From contig DAONZY010000005.1 of NCBI GenBank assembly GCA_035407085.1, positions 5,648 through 69,647 on the forward strand: DNA of 64,000 nucleotides, read 5' to 3'. The notes under the pieces are model-generated. The model was not told where the DNA came from, made no database searches, and saw nothing but the letters and a program-made list of their open reading frames with translations. Source of the stretch: Deltaproteobacteria bacterium. GTDB lineage: Bacteria; Desulfobacterota; Desulfuromonadia; Geobacterales; Pseudopelobacteraceae. The translations under genes were made by a program, and so were the position numbers. Positions 1-13,394 of this stretch are shown here, one piece after another (the first letter of the stretch is position 1; every line of letters begins with the position of its first letter).

Positions 1-2561
1 GGCTCTCGCAGTTCATGGATCAAACCAATCCACTTTCTGAAGTTACACACAAACGCCGTCTGTCGGCGTTGGGACCAGGCGGACTAACCAGGGAACGTGC
101 CGGATTTGAGGTCCGCGACGTGCATCCGACACACTATGGACGCGTCTGCCCTATCGAAACACCGGAAGGTCCTAATATCGGTTTGATTGCGTCTCTTTCT
201 ACCTATGCGCGCATCAATGAGCACGGATTTGTGGAAACCCCATATCGTGTTGTCGAAGAAGGGCGATTGACGAGCGAGGTTCGCTTCTTCTCGGCACTTG
301 AGGAGGAAGGCCATGCAATTGCCCAGGCAAATGCGGAAGTAGACAAGGATGGACGTTTTATCAATGAATATGTGTCTGCTCGCAAGAGCGGCGAATTTAT
401 TCTGGTGCATCGAGATGAGATTGAATTGATCGATGTTGCTCCGAAGCAGTTGGTGTCTGTTGCTGCTGCTCTGATTCCTTTCCTGGAGAATGACGACGCC
501 AACCGCGCCCTGATGGGCTCCAACATGCAGCGTCAGGCAGTTCCTCTTCTCCGGGCGGATTCTCCGCTGGTTGGCACCGGCATGGAGCGCATCGTGGCCA
601 AGGACTCGGGTGTTTCCGTGATCGCGCGCCACAACGGAGTGATAGAATCGGTGGATGCTTCACGTATCGTTGTCAAAATCGATGAGAATGAAGATGACGA
701 GGCAGGCACCGGAGTTGATATTTATAACCTGATCAAGTTTGCGAGGTCCAACCAGAATACCTGCATCAACAACAAGCCGGTTGTGAAGGTTGGCGATGTT
801 GTCAAGCGTGGTGACGTGATTGCCGATGGCCCTTCAACTGAAATGGGCGAACTTGCTCTGGGCCAGAACATTGTTGTGGCGTTTATGCCTTGGGGTGGTT
901 ACAACTTCGAGGACTCGATTCTGGTTTCGGAGAAACTTGTCAAGGATGACAGGTATACTTCAATCCATATTGAAGAGTTTGAGTGCGTTGCTCGTGATAC
1001 CAAACTGGGCAAAGAGGAGATCACCTCCGACATCCCCAATCTGGGAGATGAAGCACTTAAAGATCTGGATGAATCCGGTATTATCCGTATTGGCGCTGAA
1101 GTTAAACCGGGTGATATTCTGGTCGGCAAGATTACCCCCAAGGGCGAAACCCAACTCTCGCCTGAGGAGAAGTTGCTGCGGGCCATCTTTGGTGAAAAGG
1201 CCGGTGATGTCCGCGACACGTCTCTTACTGTGCCGCCCGGTGTGGAGGGCACTGTTATCGGTGCAAAGGTCTTTTCACGCAAGGGAGCAGACAAGGACAC
1301 CCGTACCGAACTGATCGAGAAGGCCGAAGAAGATAAATTGCGTAAGGATGAACAGGATGAAATTCGTATCATCCGAAACTCTGCTATTGGCAAACTCTGC
1401 AAGTTGCTAGCTGGTAAGACCTTGGCTGTAAAGCTGGAAGATGCCCAGGGAAATCCAGTACTTGCCAAGGGTAAGAAAATTACTGAGGATGTACTTAAAA
1501 CATTGCCGATTGATTGTCTGAGGGCCGTATCGGTAAGTGATGATTTCGATACAGATGAAAAGGTCAGTTACATCCTTGATACGTTGAATCGTCAGATCGA
1601 TCTGATTCACAGCGTGTTTGAAGACAAGATCCAGAAACTGCGCCGTGGTGACGACTTGCCGCCAGGCGTGATCAAGATGGTCAAGGTTTATATTGCTATC
1701 AAGCGTAAGTTGCAGGTCGGTGACAAAATGGCCGGCCGCCATGGTAACAAAGGTGTTGTTTCTAGAATTCTGCCGGAAGAAGATATGCCTTATATGGAGG
1801 ACGGTCGTCCGGTTGAGATTGTTCTTAACCCTCTGGGCGTTCCATCTCGTATGAACGTCGGTCAGATCCTGGAGACACATCTGGGATGGGCAGCCAAGGG
1901 CATTGGCTGGCGCATTGAAGAGATGCTCCAGAAACATGTTTCTGAGGATAACTTGAGAAAGTATCTCAAAGATGTGTATGGTGACACGGAAGTCAGCAAA
2001 TTCATCGATAAGATGGATCAGGAGGAGTTGCTTAAGGTCTGCCGCAGGCTTCAGCGCGGTGTGCCAATGGCTTCACCGGTTTTCGAGGGCGCCTCGGAAG
2101 ACCGTATCAAAGATATGCTTGGCAAGGCTGGTTTTCATTCGTCCGGACAAGTAACGCTCTTTGACGGCAGATCGGGTGATGCGTTCAAAAACAAAGTCAC
2201 CGTGGGTGTTATGTATGTACTCAAGCTGCACCATCTGGTTGATGACAAGATCCATGCCCGCTCCATCGGGCCCTATAGCCTTGTTACTCAGCAACCGCTG
2301 GGTGGTAAGGCGCAGTTCGGTGGCCAGAGGCTTGGTGAGATGGAAGTCTGGGCAATGGAGGCATATGGCGCATCCCATGCACTGCAGGAGTTCCTCACCG
2401 TCAAGTCGGACGATGTCTCTGGAAGAACGCGTATGTACGAGGCCATCGTTAAGGGCAAGCACACCCTTGAACCGGGGCTGCCTGAGTCTTTCAATGTTCT
2501 TATCAAGGAACTGCAGTCACTCTGCCTTGATGTTGAGCTGCTTGAAGGGGATGAAGAGTAG
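1..2561 (+). CDS. rpoB: DNA-directed RNA polymerase subunit beta, C-terminal ~850 aa (5' end lies outside the window)
   Basis: The reading frame is open from the window edge, so the Met at 15 is internal. Conserved beta blocks are present ([50 protein letters not shown]). rpoC follows directly. Confidence 0.97.
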   Translation, partial: LSQFMDQTNPLSEVTHKRRLSALGPGGLTRERAGFEVRDVHPTHYGRVCPIETPEGPNIGLIASLSTYARINEHGFVETPYRVVEEGRLTSEVRFFSALEEEGHAIAQANAEVDKDGRFINEYVSARKSGEFILVHRDEIELIDVAPKQLVSVAAALIPFLENDDANRALMGSNMQRQAVPLLRADSPLVGTGMERIVAKDSGVSVIARHNGVIESVDASRIVVKIDENEDDEAGTGVDIYNLIKFARSNQNTCINNKPVVKVGDVVKRGDVIADGPSTEMGELALGQNIVVAFMPWGGYNFEDSILVSEKLVKDDRYTSIHIEEFECVARDTKLGKEEITSDIPNLGDEALKDLDESGIIRIGAEVKPGDILVGKITPKGETQLSPEEKLLRAIFGEKAGDVRDTSLTVPPGVEGTVIGAKVFSRKGADKDTRTELIEKAEEDKLRKDEQDEIRIIRNSAIGKLCKLLAGKTLAVKLEDAQGNPVLAKGKKITEDVLKTLPIDCLRAVSVSDDFDTDEKVSYILDTLNRQIDLIHSVFEDKIQKLRRGDDLPPGVIKMVKVYIAIKRKLQVGDKMAGRHGNKGVVSRILPEEDMPYMEDGRPVEIVLNPLGVPSRMNVGQILETHLGWAAKGIGWRIEEMLQKHVSEDNLRKYLKDVYGDTEVSKFIDKMDQEELLKVCRRLQRGVPMASPVFEGASEDRIKDMLGKAGFHSSGQVTLFDGRSGDAFKNKVTVGVMYVLKLHHLVDDKIHARSIGPYSLVTQQPLGGKAQFGGQRLGEMEVWAMEAYGASHALQEFLTVKSDDVSGRTRMYEAIVKGKHTLEPGLPESFNVLIKELQSLCLDVELLEGDEE

Positions 2562-2569
2562 TCATGATA

Positions 2570-2598
2570 CCACCGCATGCGGATCCACCGCATGCGGT
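2570..2598 (+). repeat. Tandem direct repeat CCACCGCATGCGG x2 that can fold as an 11-bp GC-rich hairpin in the rpoB-rpoC spacer
   Basis: Read directly: copies at 2570-2582 and 2585-2597. Each contains the 10-bp palindrome CCGCATGCGG. ACCGCATGCGG (2572-2582) pairs with CCGCATGCGGT (2588-2598) around the loop ATCCA. Confidence 0.8.
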
Positions 2599-2674
2599 TA
2601 AGCGTGCCGCAGCTAACCGGTGGCGATTGCCGGTCCGGTAAAGGCGGAGTTCAGAATATACGGAGGAGAGCATC

Positions 2675-5600
2675 GTGGAAGATTATTTCAGCTTTTTTGA
2701 TAAACCAAAAGATCCACTCCATTTTTCAGCAATAAGGATTTCCGTTTCCTCTCCTGAGAAAATCAGGGAGCGTTCCCATGGAGAGGTAAAGAAGCCGGAG
2801 ACGATTAATTATCGAACCTTCAAGCCGGAACGTGATGGCCTGTTTTGCGCGAAGATATTTGGTCCCACCAAGGACTATGAGTGCAACTGCGGTAAATACA
2901 AACGCATGAAACACCGTGGTATCATCTGTGAAAAGTGCGGCGTAGAGGTTATTCCATCCAAAGTTCGACGTGAGCGCTTGGGGCATATTGATCTTGCCAC
3001 GCCGGTTGCTCACATATGGTTTCTCAAGTCGCTGCCATCACGTATTGGCAATCTGCTTGATATTACCCTCAAAGATCTTGAGAAGGTGCTTTACTTTGAG
3101 GCTTTTGTAGTAAGTGATCCCAAAAATACTCCGCTTCAATTCTGTGAAGTTATGACGGAGGAAAAATTTCTTAAGGCACAGCAGGAATACGGGTATGATG
3201 CCTTTGAAGGAGGCATGGGTGCTGAGGCTATCCGCAACTGCCTGAGAGCAATTGATCTCGATGAGCTATCGGTCAGTCTGCGTAACGAGATGATGGAGTC
3301 TGCCAGCGAGGCCAAGCGAAAAAAGACCGCCAAGCGCCTTAAGGTCCTGGAGGCTTTCAAGCTGTCTGGGAATAAACCGGAGTGGATGATCCTGGAGTGT
3401 ATTCCTGTTCTGCCCCCTGAGCTGCGTCCTCTGGTGCCGCTCGATGGCGGTCGTTTTGCAACATCGGATCTCAACGATCTGTACCGTCGAGTGATTAACC
3501 GTAACAACCGGCTTAAGCGGCTGGTGGAGTTGCAGGCACCGGAAGTGATCATACGCAATGAGAAGCGTATGTTGCAGGAGGCTGTTGATGCCTTGTTTGA
3601 CAACGGACGCCGCGGACGGGCCATAGCTGGTCCCAACAAACGCCCGCTCAAGTCGCTGTCTGATATGCTTAAGGGAAAGTCTGGCCGCTTTCGTCAGAAC
3701 CTGCTTGGAAAGCGTGTCGATTACTCCGGTCGATCGGTTATCGTTGTTGGTCCTGAGCTTAAATTGCATCAATGCGGCCTGCCGAAAAAAATGGCGCTGG
3801 AGTTGTTCAAGCCGTTTATCTACAACAAGCTGGAAGAGCGTGGCTATGTTACCACGATCAAGAGTGCTAAAAAGATGGTGGAGAAAGAACGTCCTGAGGT
3901 ATGGGACGTGCTGGAAGAGGTGATCAAGGAACATCCGGTCATGCTCAACCGCGCACCGACACTGCATCGTCTTGGCATCCAGGCCTTTGAGCCGGTTCTG
4001 ATTGAAGGCAAGGCCATCCAGTTGCATCCGCTGGTCTGTACTGCTTTCAACGCGGACTTCGACGGCGACCAGATGGCCGTGCATCTGCCACTTTCAGTGG
4101 AGAGCCAGGTTGAGGCTCGCGTATTGATGATGTCAACGAACAACATTCTGTCGCCTGCCCACGGCAAGCCGATCATTGTCCCATCTCAGGATATGGTGCT
4201 TGGCGCTTACTATATGACCCGTGACAGATTGTACGCGCCGGTGTTGGATGAAAAGACCGGCAAAGAGATGGTGGACAAGCAGACAGGTTTGCCGGTCTAT
4301 TGCAAGATTAAGGGTACTGGCAAGGTGTTTTCTTGCCCTGATGAGGTCAGGATCGCCTTTGATGCCGGTGAGGTGGACATGCAGGCCAAGATCCGGGTGC
4401 GTATGAAGAATCTTGTGTCCGATGAAAAACCTCAGCTGATTGAAACGACAGTTGGACGCATTATCCTGAGAGAGATACTGCCCGACTCGGTACCGTTCAG
4501 TGCCATCAATAAGGCCATGAACAAAAAAGAACTCTCCAATTTGGTGGATACTTGCTACCGTCTGGCCGACAACAAGGAAACGGTGCTTTTGGCAGACAAG
4601 CTTAAGGATATCGGATTCAAGTACGCCTGTGTGTCTGGTATCTCCATCTGCCTGGATGACATGGTGATTCCGGAGGGTAAAACCTCGATCATCTCCAAGG
4701 CGGATGAAGAAGTCAAAGAGATACAGAACCAGTATACAGAGGGTTTGATTACAGACGGAGAGCGCTACAACAAGGTCATCGATATCTGGGCCAAGGCAAC
4801 CGAGGATATTGCCAAGGAAATGCTAGACAACCTGTCCAAACAGACATTTATGGTTGAGGGCGAGGGTGTGCAGCAGGAGGCGTCCTTCAATGCCATCCAC
4901 ATGATGGCAGATTCCGGCGCGAGGGGCTCCGCACAGCAGATTCGTCAGTTGGCCGGCATGCGCGGCTTGATGGCGAAACCATCTGGTGAAATCATCGAAA
5001 CACCGATTACTGCCAACTTCCGTGAAGGCCTGACAGTGCTTCAGTACTTCATTTCAACACATGGCGCTCGCAAAGGCTTGGCTGATACTGCATTGAAGAC
5101 AGCCAACTCCGGTTACCTGACACGTCGTCTGGTTGATGTTGCCCAGGATGCAATCATTACAGAAGAGGATTGTGGCACACTGGACGGTCTGATCGTCTCT
5201 TCTCTCACAGAAGATATCGGTGACCGTATTCTGGGGCGTGTTGCGCTGGAGGATATTCTTGATCCTATTACCGGTGATGTTCTGGTTGAGGCCAACGAAG
5301 AGATTGACGAAAATCTGGTCAAAAAGATTGAGGATTCAGGACTTGAAAAGGTAAAGATCCGCTCCGTGCTTACCTGCCAGAGCCGCCGTGGGATCTGCTC
5401 CAAGTGCTATGGTCGCGACCTTGCTCGCGGGCATAGTGTGAATCTCGGAGAGGCTGTTGGTGTGATCGCCGCACAGTCAATTGGCGAGCCGGGTACGCAG
5501 TTGACAATGCGTACTTTCCATATTGGTGGTACGGCTTCCCGTCATGCAGAGCAGACATCCCTTGAAGCTCGTACAGACGGAAATATCAAGTTCGTTAACC

Positions 5601-6883
5601 TCAACACCGTTGTGAATGCGGAAGGTCACCACATCGTTATGAATCGTAATGGCGAAGTTGCCGTGGTGGACGAGACCGGACGTGAGCGCGAAAAATACAC
5701 GGTGGTTTATGGTGCCAAGATCAAGTTTGCTCCGGGCGAGAAGGTTACCCAAGGTGCCAACCTGGCCGAGTGGGATCCGTACACAATGCCGATTCTGACT
5801 GAGTTTGGTGGTAAGATTAAGTTCGGTGATATAGTGGAAAGTGTCACCATGGAGGAGCAACTTGACGAGGTGACCGGGCTTTCACGTAAGGTCATTATTG
5901 AGTCCAAGGACAGTGACAAGCGGCCCCGTATTGCGATCAAAGGCATCAGCGACGGGTCGGCAGAGGCGACAGCTGGAACAATCGGTTGCTACTTTCTGCC
6001 GGTTGGCGCTAACATCACCGTGACGGATGACGCTGTTGTAAGTGCCGGTGATATTATTGCGAAGATCCCGCGTGAAACTACCAAGACCAAGGATATCACT
6101 GGTGGTCTGCCGCGAGTTGCCGAACTGTTTGAGGCCCGCAAGCCCAAGGACTTTGCCGTAATTTCCGAGATAGATGGACGTGTTTCATACGGCAAGGAGG
6201 CCAAGGGCAAGCGTAAGGTTATTGTTACTCCTGAGCTTGGAGAGCCCAAAGAGTACCTGATACCAAAGGGTAAACACATAAGTGTTCACGAAGGTGATTA
6301 TGTTCGTGCCGGTGAGCCGCTGATGGACGGTTCGTCCAATCCGCATGACATCCTTAGGGTCCTTGGTGTCAAGGAACTGGCCAAATACCTGGTTGATGAA
6401 GTCCAGGAGGTTTACCGTCTACAAGGTGTTAAGATCAATGATAAACATATTGAAGTCATTGTGCGCCAGATGCTAAGACGGGTACGCATCAAGGATGTGG
6501 GTGACACCGCTCTACTTGTGGACGATCAGGTGGAAAGATGGCAGTTCGATGCCGAGAATCAAAAGGTGCTTGCCGAAGGGAAACGTCCAGCGATTGCTGA
6601 GCCGCTTCTGTTAGGTATCACTAAGGCATCTCTCTCAACAGAATCATTCATTTCTGCTGCTTCGTTCCAAGAGACAACCAAGGTGCTTACACAGGCAGCC
6701 ATTGAAGGTAAGGTGGACTACCTGAGGGGGCTCAAGGAAAACGTGATCATGGGACGGCTGATACCAGCAGGTACTGGTTTGGCCAGGTACCGTAACCTGC
6801 GTATGGTAGCCGAATCAGAAGATCAGGAAAGAACTGATGTAGTGGCGGATAAGGCTGTTGATGCCGTTCAAGAGGCTGCCTAG
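2675..6883 (+). CDS. rpoC: DNA-directed RNA polymerase subunit beta'
   Basis: 1402-aa ORF with a GTG start 7 nt after GGAGGAG. It has the Zn-finger [20 protein letters not shown] and the catalytic [12 protein letters not shown] motif. It sits after rpoB. Confidence 0.98.
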   Translation: MEDYFSFFDKPKDPLHFSAIRISVSSPEKIRERSHGEVKKPETINYRTFKPERDGLFCAKIFGPTKDYECNCGKYKRMKHRGIICEKCGVEVIPSKVRRERLGHIDLATPVAHIWFLKSLPSRIGNLLDITLKDLEKVLYFEAFVVSDPKNTPLQFCEVMTEEKFLKAQQEYGYDAFEGGMGAEAIRNCLRAIDLDELSVSLRNEMMESASEAKRKKTAKRLKVLEAFKLSGNKPEWMILECIPVLPPELRPLVPLDGGRFATSDLNDLYRRVINRNNRLKRLVELQAPEVIIRNEKRMLQEAVDALFDNGRRGRAIAGPNKRPLKSLSDMLKGKSGRFRQNLLGKRVDYSGRSVIVVGPELKLHQCGLPKKMALELFKPFIYNKLEERGYVTTIKSAKKMVEKERPEVWDVLEEVIKEHPVMLNRAPTLHRLGIQAFEPVLIEGKAIQLHPLVCTAFNADFDGDQMAVHLPLSVESQVEARVLMMSTNNILSPAHGKPIIVPSQDMVLGAYYMTRDRLYAPVLDEKTGKEMVDKQTGLPVYCKIKGTGKVFSCPDEVRIAFDAGEVDMQAKIRVRMKNLVSDEKPQLIETTVGRIILREILPDSVPFSAINKAMNKKELSNLVDTCYRLADNKETVLLADKLKDIGFKYACVSGISICLDDMVIPEGKTSIISKADEEVKEIQNQYTEGLITDGERYNKVIDIWAKATEDIAKEMLDNLSKQTFMVEGEGVQQEASFNAIHMMADSGARGSAQQIRQLAGMRGLMAKPSGEIIETPITANFREGLTVLQYFISTHGARKGLADTALKTANSGYLTRRLVDVAQDAIITEEDCGTLDGLIVSSLTEDIGDRILGRVALEDILDPITGDVLVEANEEIDENLVKKIEDSGLEKVKIRSVLTCQSRRGICSKCYGRDLARGHSVNLGEAVGVIAAQSIGEPGTQLTMRTFHIGGTASRHAEQTSLEARTDGNIKFVNLNTVVNAEGHHIVMNRNGEVAVVDETGREREKYTVVYGAKIKFAPGEKVTQGANLAEWDPYTMPILTEFGGKIKFGDIVESVTMEEQLDEVTGLSRKVIIESKDSDKRPRIAIKGISDGSAEATAGTIGCYFLPVGANITVTDDAVVSAGDIIAKIPRETTKTKDITGGLPRVAELFEARKPKDFAVISEIDGRVSYGKEAKGKRKVIVTPELGEPKEYLIPKGKHISVHEGDYVRAGEPLMDGSSNPHDILRVLGVKELAKYLVDEVQEVYRLQGVKINDKHIEVIVRQMLRRVRIKDVGDTALLVDDQVERWQFDAENQKVLAEGKRPAIAEPLLLGITKASLSTESFISAASFQETTKVLTQAAIEGKVDYLRGLKENVIMGRLIPAGTGLARYRNLRMVAESEDQERTDVVADKAVDAVQEAA

Positions 6884-6895
6884 CAGTTAGGATTT

Positions 6896-6959
6896 GCGCA
6901 GGTGCTGTAGTTCGTTGCAGCACCTGCGCAAAATAAAAACAAGCATGCTGAGTTTTTTT
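6896..6959 (+). terminator. Putative terminator region after rpoC
   Basis: Stem GCGCAGGTGCTG (6896-6907) pairs with CAGCACCTGCGC (6918-6929), 13 nt after the stop. A second short AGCATGCT palindrome and a T7 run (6953-6959) follow. Confidence 0.55.
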
Positions 6960-6961
6960 GT

Positions 6962-6990
6962 TTGACAATTCCTTCTAGCTCTAGTATATA
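6962..6990 (+). promoter_or_regulatory. Near-consensus sigma70-type promoter for the str (rpsL) operon
   Basis: TTGACA at 6962-6967, an exact 17-nt spacer, then TATATA at 6985-6990. It lies about 270 nt upstream of the rpsL ATG. Confidence 0.55.
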
Positions 6991-7258
6991 TTCTGTCTCT
7001 TTCTGGTTGGAGCCCAAAGTTAATGACTTTGTGATTGAATGGAGATGCCGGTTAAATTCCGGCCCTACACCTATTCCATTCCCCTTCTTGCTGGGATTTT
7101 TTTCCCATTGGTAAAGATCAGAACAATGACGGTTGGATTGATTTGTGTGGTTGTATGTATAGTTGTCTGTGCTGAGTCTTCTTGTGTGTGAAGGCGTCAT
7201 TTAAATTTGCAGCTATTTGTTTGTTAAGATAATTACTTGTTGGGAGATATGGAAGATT

Positions 7259-7630
7259 ATGCCAACTATTAACCAGTTGATACGCATTGGTAGGGAGAAT
7301 AAGAGGGATAAGTCAACGGCCCCGGCGCTCAAGTGCTGTCCTCAAAAGCGTGGTGTTTGTACCAGGGTGTACACCACAACTCCAAAGAAGCCGAACTCGG
7401 CGCTTCGTAAAGTGGCCAGGGTTAGGCTTACAAATGGTATAGAGGTGACATCGTATATTCCTGGCGTGGGTCACAATCTTCAGGAGCACTCGGTGGTTCT
7501 GATTCGTGGCGGCAGGGTTAAGGACCTTCCGGGTGTGCGTTATCATATTGTGCGTGGCACGCTGGATTCTGTGGGCGTAAAGGGCCGTATGAAGAGCCGT
7601 TCCAAGTATGGCGCCAAGCGTCCAAAATAA
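7259..7630 (+). CDS. rpsL: 30S ribosomal protein S12
   Basis: The ORF-track ORF (7217) was trimmed to the canonical MPTINQLIR start at 7259, which has GGGAGA upstream. The [11 protein letters not shown] block is present. Confidence 0.97.
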   Translation: MPTINQLIRIGRENKRDKSTAPALKCCPQKRGVCTRVYTTTPKKPNSALRKVARVRLTNGIEVTSYIPGVGHNLQEHSVVLIRGGRVKDLPGVRYHIVRGTLDSVGVKGRMKSRSKYGAKRPK

Positions 7631-7660
7631 TTTAGCACTGATTTCGTTGAGGGGTTAGGT

Positions 7661-8131
7661 ATGCCAAGAAGAAGAGAAGTACCCAAAAGAAATATCCTGC
7701 CGGATCCGAAGTTTCACGACAAAACGGTAGCCAAGCTTATTAACATCATGATGTTGGCAGGCAAAAAGAGTATCGCCGAGTCGATACTTTATGGTGCTCT
7801 TGATATTGTTGGTCAGAAGTCCAGTGAGGATGCTGTCAAGGTTTTAAAGAAGAGTCTTGACAATATCAAGCCGGTACTAGAGGTTAAATCGCGCAGGGTT
7901 GGTGGGTCTACCTATCAGGTGCCGATCGAGATTCGTCCTGACCGCCGCAATTCTCTGGCCATGAGGTGGTTGATTAAGTATTCTGCTGCCCGTGGCGAAA
8001 AGACGATGACTGACAAGCTGGCAGGCGAGATATTGGATGCCTTTAATAATCGTGGAGCTGCTGTCAAGAAGCGCGAAGATGTGCATAAGATGGCAGAGGC
8101 AAACCGCGCTTTTGCTCACTATAGATGGTAA
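7661..8131 (+). CDS. rpsG: 30S ribosomal protein S7
   Basis: 156 aa with the canonical MPRRREV N-terminus. Its position between rpsL and fusA matches the usual order. Confidence 0.97.
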   Translation: MPRRREVPKRNILPDPKFHDKTVAKLINIMMLAGKKSIAESILYGALDIVGQKSSEDAVKVLKKSLDNIKPVLEVKSRRVGGSTYQVPIEIRPDRRNSLAMRWLIKYSAARGEKTMTDKLAGEILDAFNNRGAAVKKREDVHKMAEANRAFAHYRW

Positions 8132-8158
8132 TTGTCTGACCTAGTTCTGGAGGTTTTT

Positions 8159-10237
8159 GTGCCCCGCTTATCACCGCTTGAGAAATACAGAAATATTGGG
8201 ATTATGGCTCACATTGATGCCGGTAAAACGACAACAACCGAGCGTATTCTTTATTATACCGGCGTTACCCATAAAATCGGCGAAGTGCATGAAGGCGCCG
8301 CCACGATGGACTGGATGGAGCAGGAGCAGGAGCGTGGTATTACTATTACCTCTGCTGCTACAACCTGTCGCTGGAGAGATTGTAATATTAATATTATTGA
8401 TACTCCTGGTCACGTTGACTTCACTATTGAAGTTGAGCGTTCACTTAGGGTTCTTGATGGTGCGGTAGCGGTTTTTTGTTCTGTTGGTGGCGTTGAGCCT
8501 CAGTCTGAAACAGTTTGGCGTCAGGCTGATAAATATGGCGTTCCTCGTCTTGCTTTTATCAATAAGATGGATCGTGTCGGGGCTGACTTTTTCCGTGGTG
8601 TGCAGATGATCAAAGATCGTCTCAAAGCTAATCCGCTCCCGATTCAGATACCGGTGGGTAAAGAAGAAAATTTCAAGGGTGTTGTTGACCTTGTTCGTAT
8701 GAAGGCAATTATTTGGAATGACGAGTCTCTCGGTGCCGAATATACAGAAATAGAAATTCCGGCTGAGCTTGTTGATGAAGCCAATGAATACCGTGAAAAA
8801 ATGATTGAAGAAATCTCCAGCCATGATGATGTTCTCATGGAAAAGTATCTTGGTGGAGAGGTTTTGACTGAAGCAGAAATTATGTCCGCAATTCGGACAG
8901 GTACAATAGCTATTAAGTTTTGTCCAGTAATCTGTGGTTCATCTTTTAAAAACAAGGGCGTGCAGAACCTTCTTGATTCAGTTGTTGATTATATGCCGTC
9001 TCCTCTCGATATTCCTGCAATAAAGGGCATCGATGTTGACAGCGGCGAAGAAACTGAGCGTAAGGCATCCGATGCTGAGCCGTTTTCTGCCCTTGGATTC
9101 AAAATTATGACCGATCCTTTTGTTGGTCAATTAACATTCTTCCGTGTCTATTCTGGTGTTGTTACTGCCGGTTCTTATGTCTACAACTCCACCAAGGGCA
9201 AGAAAGAGCGTATTGGCCGTATTCTTAAGATGCATGCCAACAAGCGTGAAGAGATTAAAGAAGTGTATGCCGGTGATATTGCTGCTGCTGTTGGCTTGAA
9301 ATATACTACGACCGGTGACACGCTGTGTGAAGAAGAAAAACAGGTCATTCTTGAGTCTATCGAATTCCCTGAGCCGGTTATTTCTATTGCAATCGAGCCT
9401 AAGACGAAAGCTGAACAGGAAAAGCTTGGTTTTGGCCTTCAAAAGCTGGCCAGCGAAGACCCTTCATTCCGCGTAAAAACAGATGAAGAAACCGGCCAGA
9501 CAATTATTTCCGGTATGGGTGAGCTTCACCTGGAGATTATTGTTGATCGCCTCAAGCGTGAATTCAAGGTTGAAGCCAATGTCGGCAAGCCTCAAGTTGC
9601 TTACCGTGAAACGATTACCAAGAAAGTCAAAGTCGAGGGCAAGTTTGTACGCCAGTCCGGTGGTCGCGGCCAGTACGGTCATGTGTGGCTGGAGATTGAG
9701 CCGCAGGAACCTGGCAAGGGCTTTGAGTTTGTCGATGCTATCAAAGGTGGTGTTGTCCCTCGCGAATATATCCCTGCGGTTGGCAAGGGTATTCTGGAAG
9801 CAACAGATACCGGTGTACTTGCCGGTTTCCCGGTTGTAGACATCAAGGCAACCCTTATTGACGGTTCCTACCATGAGGTCGACTCTTCAGAAATGGCGTT
9901 CAAGATTGCCGGCTCTATGGGCTTTAAGGAAGGGTGTCAGAAGGCTGCGCCAATTATTCTTGAGCCGATCATGTCAGTTGAGGTGGTTGTGCCTGAAGAG
10001 TATATGGGTGATGTGATTGGCGACCTCAACTCCCGCCGAGGGCGTATCATGGGTATGGACTCAAGGGCAGGCGCCCAGGTTGTTACGGCGATGGTGCCTT
10101 TGGCGAACATGTTTGGTTACTCTACGGATCTTCGCTCTGCTACACAAGGTCGTGCCACATACGCGATGACTTTTGATCATTATGAGCCGGTACCTAAGTC
10201 GGTAGCGGATGAAATTGTTGCTAAAGTAAAAGGTTAA
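8159..10237 (+). CDS. fusA: Elongation factor G
   Basis: GTG start at 8159, 5 nt after GGAGG; the ORF-track start at 8132 abuts the rpsG stop and lacks an SD. G-domain motifs [17 protein letters not shown] and NKMD are present. Confidence 0.96.
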   Translation: MPRLSPLEKYRNIGIMAHIDAGKTTTTERILYYTGVTHKIGEVHEGAATMDWMEQEQERGITITSAATTCRWRDCNINIIDTPGHVDFTIEVERSLRVLDGAVAVFCSVGGVEPQSETVWRQADKYGVPRLAFINKMDRVGADFFRGVQMIKDRLKANPLPIQIPVGKEENFKGVVDLVRMKAIIWNDESLGAEYTEIEIPAELVDEANEYREKMIEEISSHDDVLMEKYLGGEVLTEAEIMSAIRTGTIAIKFCPVICGSSFKNKGVQNLLDSVVDYMPSPLDIPAIKGIDVDSGEETERKASDAEPFSALGFKIMTDPFVGQLTFFRVYSGVVTAGSYVYNSTKGKKERIGRILKMHANKREEIKEVYAGDIAAAVGLKYTTTGDTLCEEEKQVILESIEFPEPVISIAIEPKTKAEQEKLGFGLQKLASEDPSFRVKTDEETGQTIISGMGELHLEIIVDRLKREFKVEANVGKPQVAYRETITKKVKVEGKFVRQSGGRGQYGHVWLEIEPQEPGKGFEFVDAIKGGVVPREYIPAVGKGILEATDTGVLAGFPVVDIKATLIDGSYHEVDSSEMAFKIAGSMGFKEGCQKAAPIILEPIMSVEVVVPEEYMGDVIGDLNSRRGRIMGMDSRAGAQVVTAMVPLANMFGYSTDLRSATQGRATYAMTFDHYEPVPKSVADEIVAKVKG

Positions 10238-10271
10238 TTTAACAATCTGTTTTGAAGGAGGGCCAGTCATC

Positions 10272-11462
<1,191 letters not shown>

Positions 11463-11480
11463 AACGTTACGAGGATATCA

Positions 11481-11789
11481 ATGCAGAGCCAGAAGATAAG
11501 AATTCGCCTAAAGGCATATGACCACAAGTTGCTTGATGTTTCAGTTGGAGAAATTGTCGATACAGCTAAAAGAACTGGTGCTCGTGTTGCTGGCCCAATT
11601 CCGCTGCCGACAGTAATCAATAAGTATTGTGTTCTTCGTGGGCCGCACGTTGACAAAAAGTCACGTGACCAGTTTGAAATTCGTACCCACAAGCGTCTTA
11701 TTGATATTCTTGACCCCACACAGCAGACGGTTGATGCCTTGATGAAACTTGACCTGGCAGCTGGTGTGGATGTTGAAATCAAACTGTAA
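11481..11789 (+). CDS. rpsJ: 30S ribosomal protein S10
   Basis: 102 aa starting [15 protein letters not shown]. It is the first gene of the S10 block, 18 nt after tuf. Confidence 0.97.
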   Translation: MQSQKIRIRLKAYDHKLLDVSVGEIVDTAKRTGARVAGPIPLPTVINKYCVLRGPHVDKKSRDQFEIRTHKRLIDILDPTQQTVDALMKLDLAAGVDVEIKL

Positions 11790-11815
11790 CGTACTTTTTT
11801 CGAACAGGAACAGAT

Positions 11816-12445
11816 ATGAAAAAAGGTATTATTGGAAAGAAACTGGGGATGACCCAGATATTTTTGGAAGATGGAACTTGCGTTCCTGTAACAGTGATCC
11901 AAGCGGGCCCCTGTGTTGTTACACAGAAAAAAAGCGTTTCTTCGGATGGTTATGATGCGCTTCAGGTCGGCTTTGAATCGGTAGATGCAGCTTCTGCCAA
12001 CAAACCTCAGCTAGGACATTGCACCAAAGCTGGTCATGGCGTGTTTAAACACCTCAATGAGTTTAGATTTGATGTTGAATTGGATCTGAATGTTGGTGAC
12101 ACCCTCAAGGTTGATCAGTTTGCTGACGGAGATTTTGTCGATGTTACCGGAACCAGTATTGGTAAAGGCTTCCAAGGCGTTATGAAGCGTTATAACTTCA
12201 AGGGTGGCCGCTCTTCTCATGGTTCGCGCTTCCATCGCGCTCCTGGCTCGATTGGTGCTTCAGCAACGCCATCGCACGTTTTCAAAAACAAGAAAATGCC
12301 GGGTCAAATGGGTAATGCGCAGGTAACTGTTCAGCGGCTTCAAGTAGTACGTGTTGATACGGCTGAGAACCTGCTCATGATCAGAGGTGCAGTACCGGGT
12401 CATGAGAACAATGTCGTTATAATTAAAAATAGTGTTAAAGCTTAA
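11816..12445 (+). CDS. rplC: 50S ribosomal protein L3
   Basis: 209 aa with a [14 protein letters not shown]-terminus. Gene order conserved. Confidence 0.97.
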   Translation: MKKGIIGKKLGMTQIFLEDGTCVPVTVIQAGPCVVTQKKSVSSDGYDALQVGFESVDAASANKPQLGHCTKAGHGVFKHLNEFRFDVELDLNVGDTLKVDQFADGDFVDVTGTSIGKGFQGVMKRYNFKGGRSSHGSRFHRAPGSIGASATPSHVFKNKKMPGQMGNAQVTVQRLQVVRVDTAENLLMIRGAVPGHENNVVIIKNSVKA

Positions 12446-12467
12446 GTAACCAAGCGGGAGTATTCGT

Positions 12468-13091
12468 ATGCCTTCGATAGCAGTTTATAACATGAACAGG
12501 CAGCAGGTCGGTGAAGTGGAACTGGCTGAGGAGATATTTAATGCTGAGGTAAAAGAACATCTCATGCATCTAGCTCTTCGCATACAGCTGGCAAATCGCC
12601 GGGCTGGTACCGTTAAAACCAAAACCCGTTCCGAGGTTTCCGGTGGCGGTAAAAAGCCATTCAAGCAGAAGGGAACAGGCGGAGCGCGCCAGGGTTGCGT
12701 CAGGGCGCCTCATTACCCTGGCGGGGGTGTTGCATTTGGCCCCAATCCCAAAGAGTATAATCTGAGTATGAACAAGAAGGCGCGTATTGCGGCTTTGAGA
12801 TCAGCTCTCTCATATCAGTATAAAAATAACCGTATTACAGTGCTTGACAAGCTCGATTTTGATGCAATTTCGACCAAGGCATTTGTCGGATTTATCAATA
12901 GGTTTGAAATTGAGCGCTCTTTGATCATAACCGATGATTTGACAAACAATTTTCAGTTGTCATGTCGTAATGTTCCGCATTTCAAGCTGCTAAAGCATGA
13001 TGCGCTTAATATTCATGACATGCTGAAATATAAAAACATCATTATCACCAAGGGCGCTGTACAATCCGTCGAAGGAGCGCTACAGAAATGA
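12468..13091 (+). CDS. rplD: 50S ribosomal protein L4
   Basis: 207 aa containing [18 protein letters not shown]. Gene order conserved. Confidence 0.96.
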   Translation: MPSIAVYNMNRQQVGEVELAEEIFNAEVKEHLMHLALRIQLANRRAGTVKTKTRSEVSGGGKKPFKQKGTGGARQGCVRAPHYPGGGVAFGPNPKEYNLSMNKKARIAALRSALSYQYKNNRITVLDKLDFDAISTKAFVGFINRFEIERSLIITDDLTNNFQLSCRNVPHFKLLKHDALNIHDMLKYKNIIITKGAVQSVEGALQK

Positions 13092-13372
13092 ATATCTATT
13101 CTGTTATAAAAAAGCCACACGTTACTGAGAAAACAACTCTTAACGGTGAGGCAAACAACACTGTTGCAATAGTTGTTGATAGGGATGCGAATAAAATTGA
13201 GATCAAACAGGCCGTTGAGGCACTGTTTAAGGTCAAGGTGGATGATGTCAGGACTGTGAATATGGCAGGCAAGGTTAAAAGGGTCGGCCGTAATATTGGC
13301 AAAAGGTCAAATTGGAAAAAGGCCTATGTGACCCTACAGAAGGGGCAGTCCTTAGATTTCTTTGAGGTTTAA
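13088..13372 (+). CDS. rplW: 50S ribosomal protein L23
   Basis: 94 aa. ATGA overlap with the rplD stop. Conserved order. Confidence 0.95.
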   Translation: MNIYSVIKKPHVTEKTTLNGEANNTVAIVVDRDANKIEIKQAVEALFKVKVDDVRTVNMAGKVKRVGRNIGKRSNWKKAYVTLQKGQSLDFFEV

Positions 13373-13394
13373 CTAACAACTTTCGGGGTTCACA

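Noticed and set aside
2575-2595. SphI-BamHI-SphI site string (GCATGC GGATCC ACC GCATGC) that looks like a cloning linker
   Set aside because: The sites are a by-product of the tandem palindromic 13-mer. There is no vector sequence, marker or other engineering scar nearby. Chance overlap with restriction sites is the simpler reading.
6880-7200. 106-aa minus-strand ORF and a 50-aa plus-strand ORF (7039-7191) in the rpoC-rpsL spacer
   Set aside because: Neither has an SD, and their composition is odd (driven by the GT-rich tract). They overlap the predicted terminator, promoter and leader hairpins. The region is better explained as non-coding leader.
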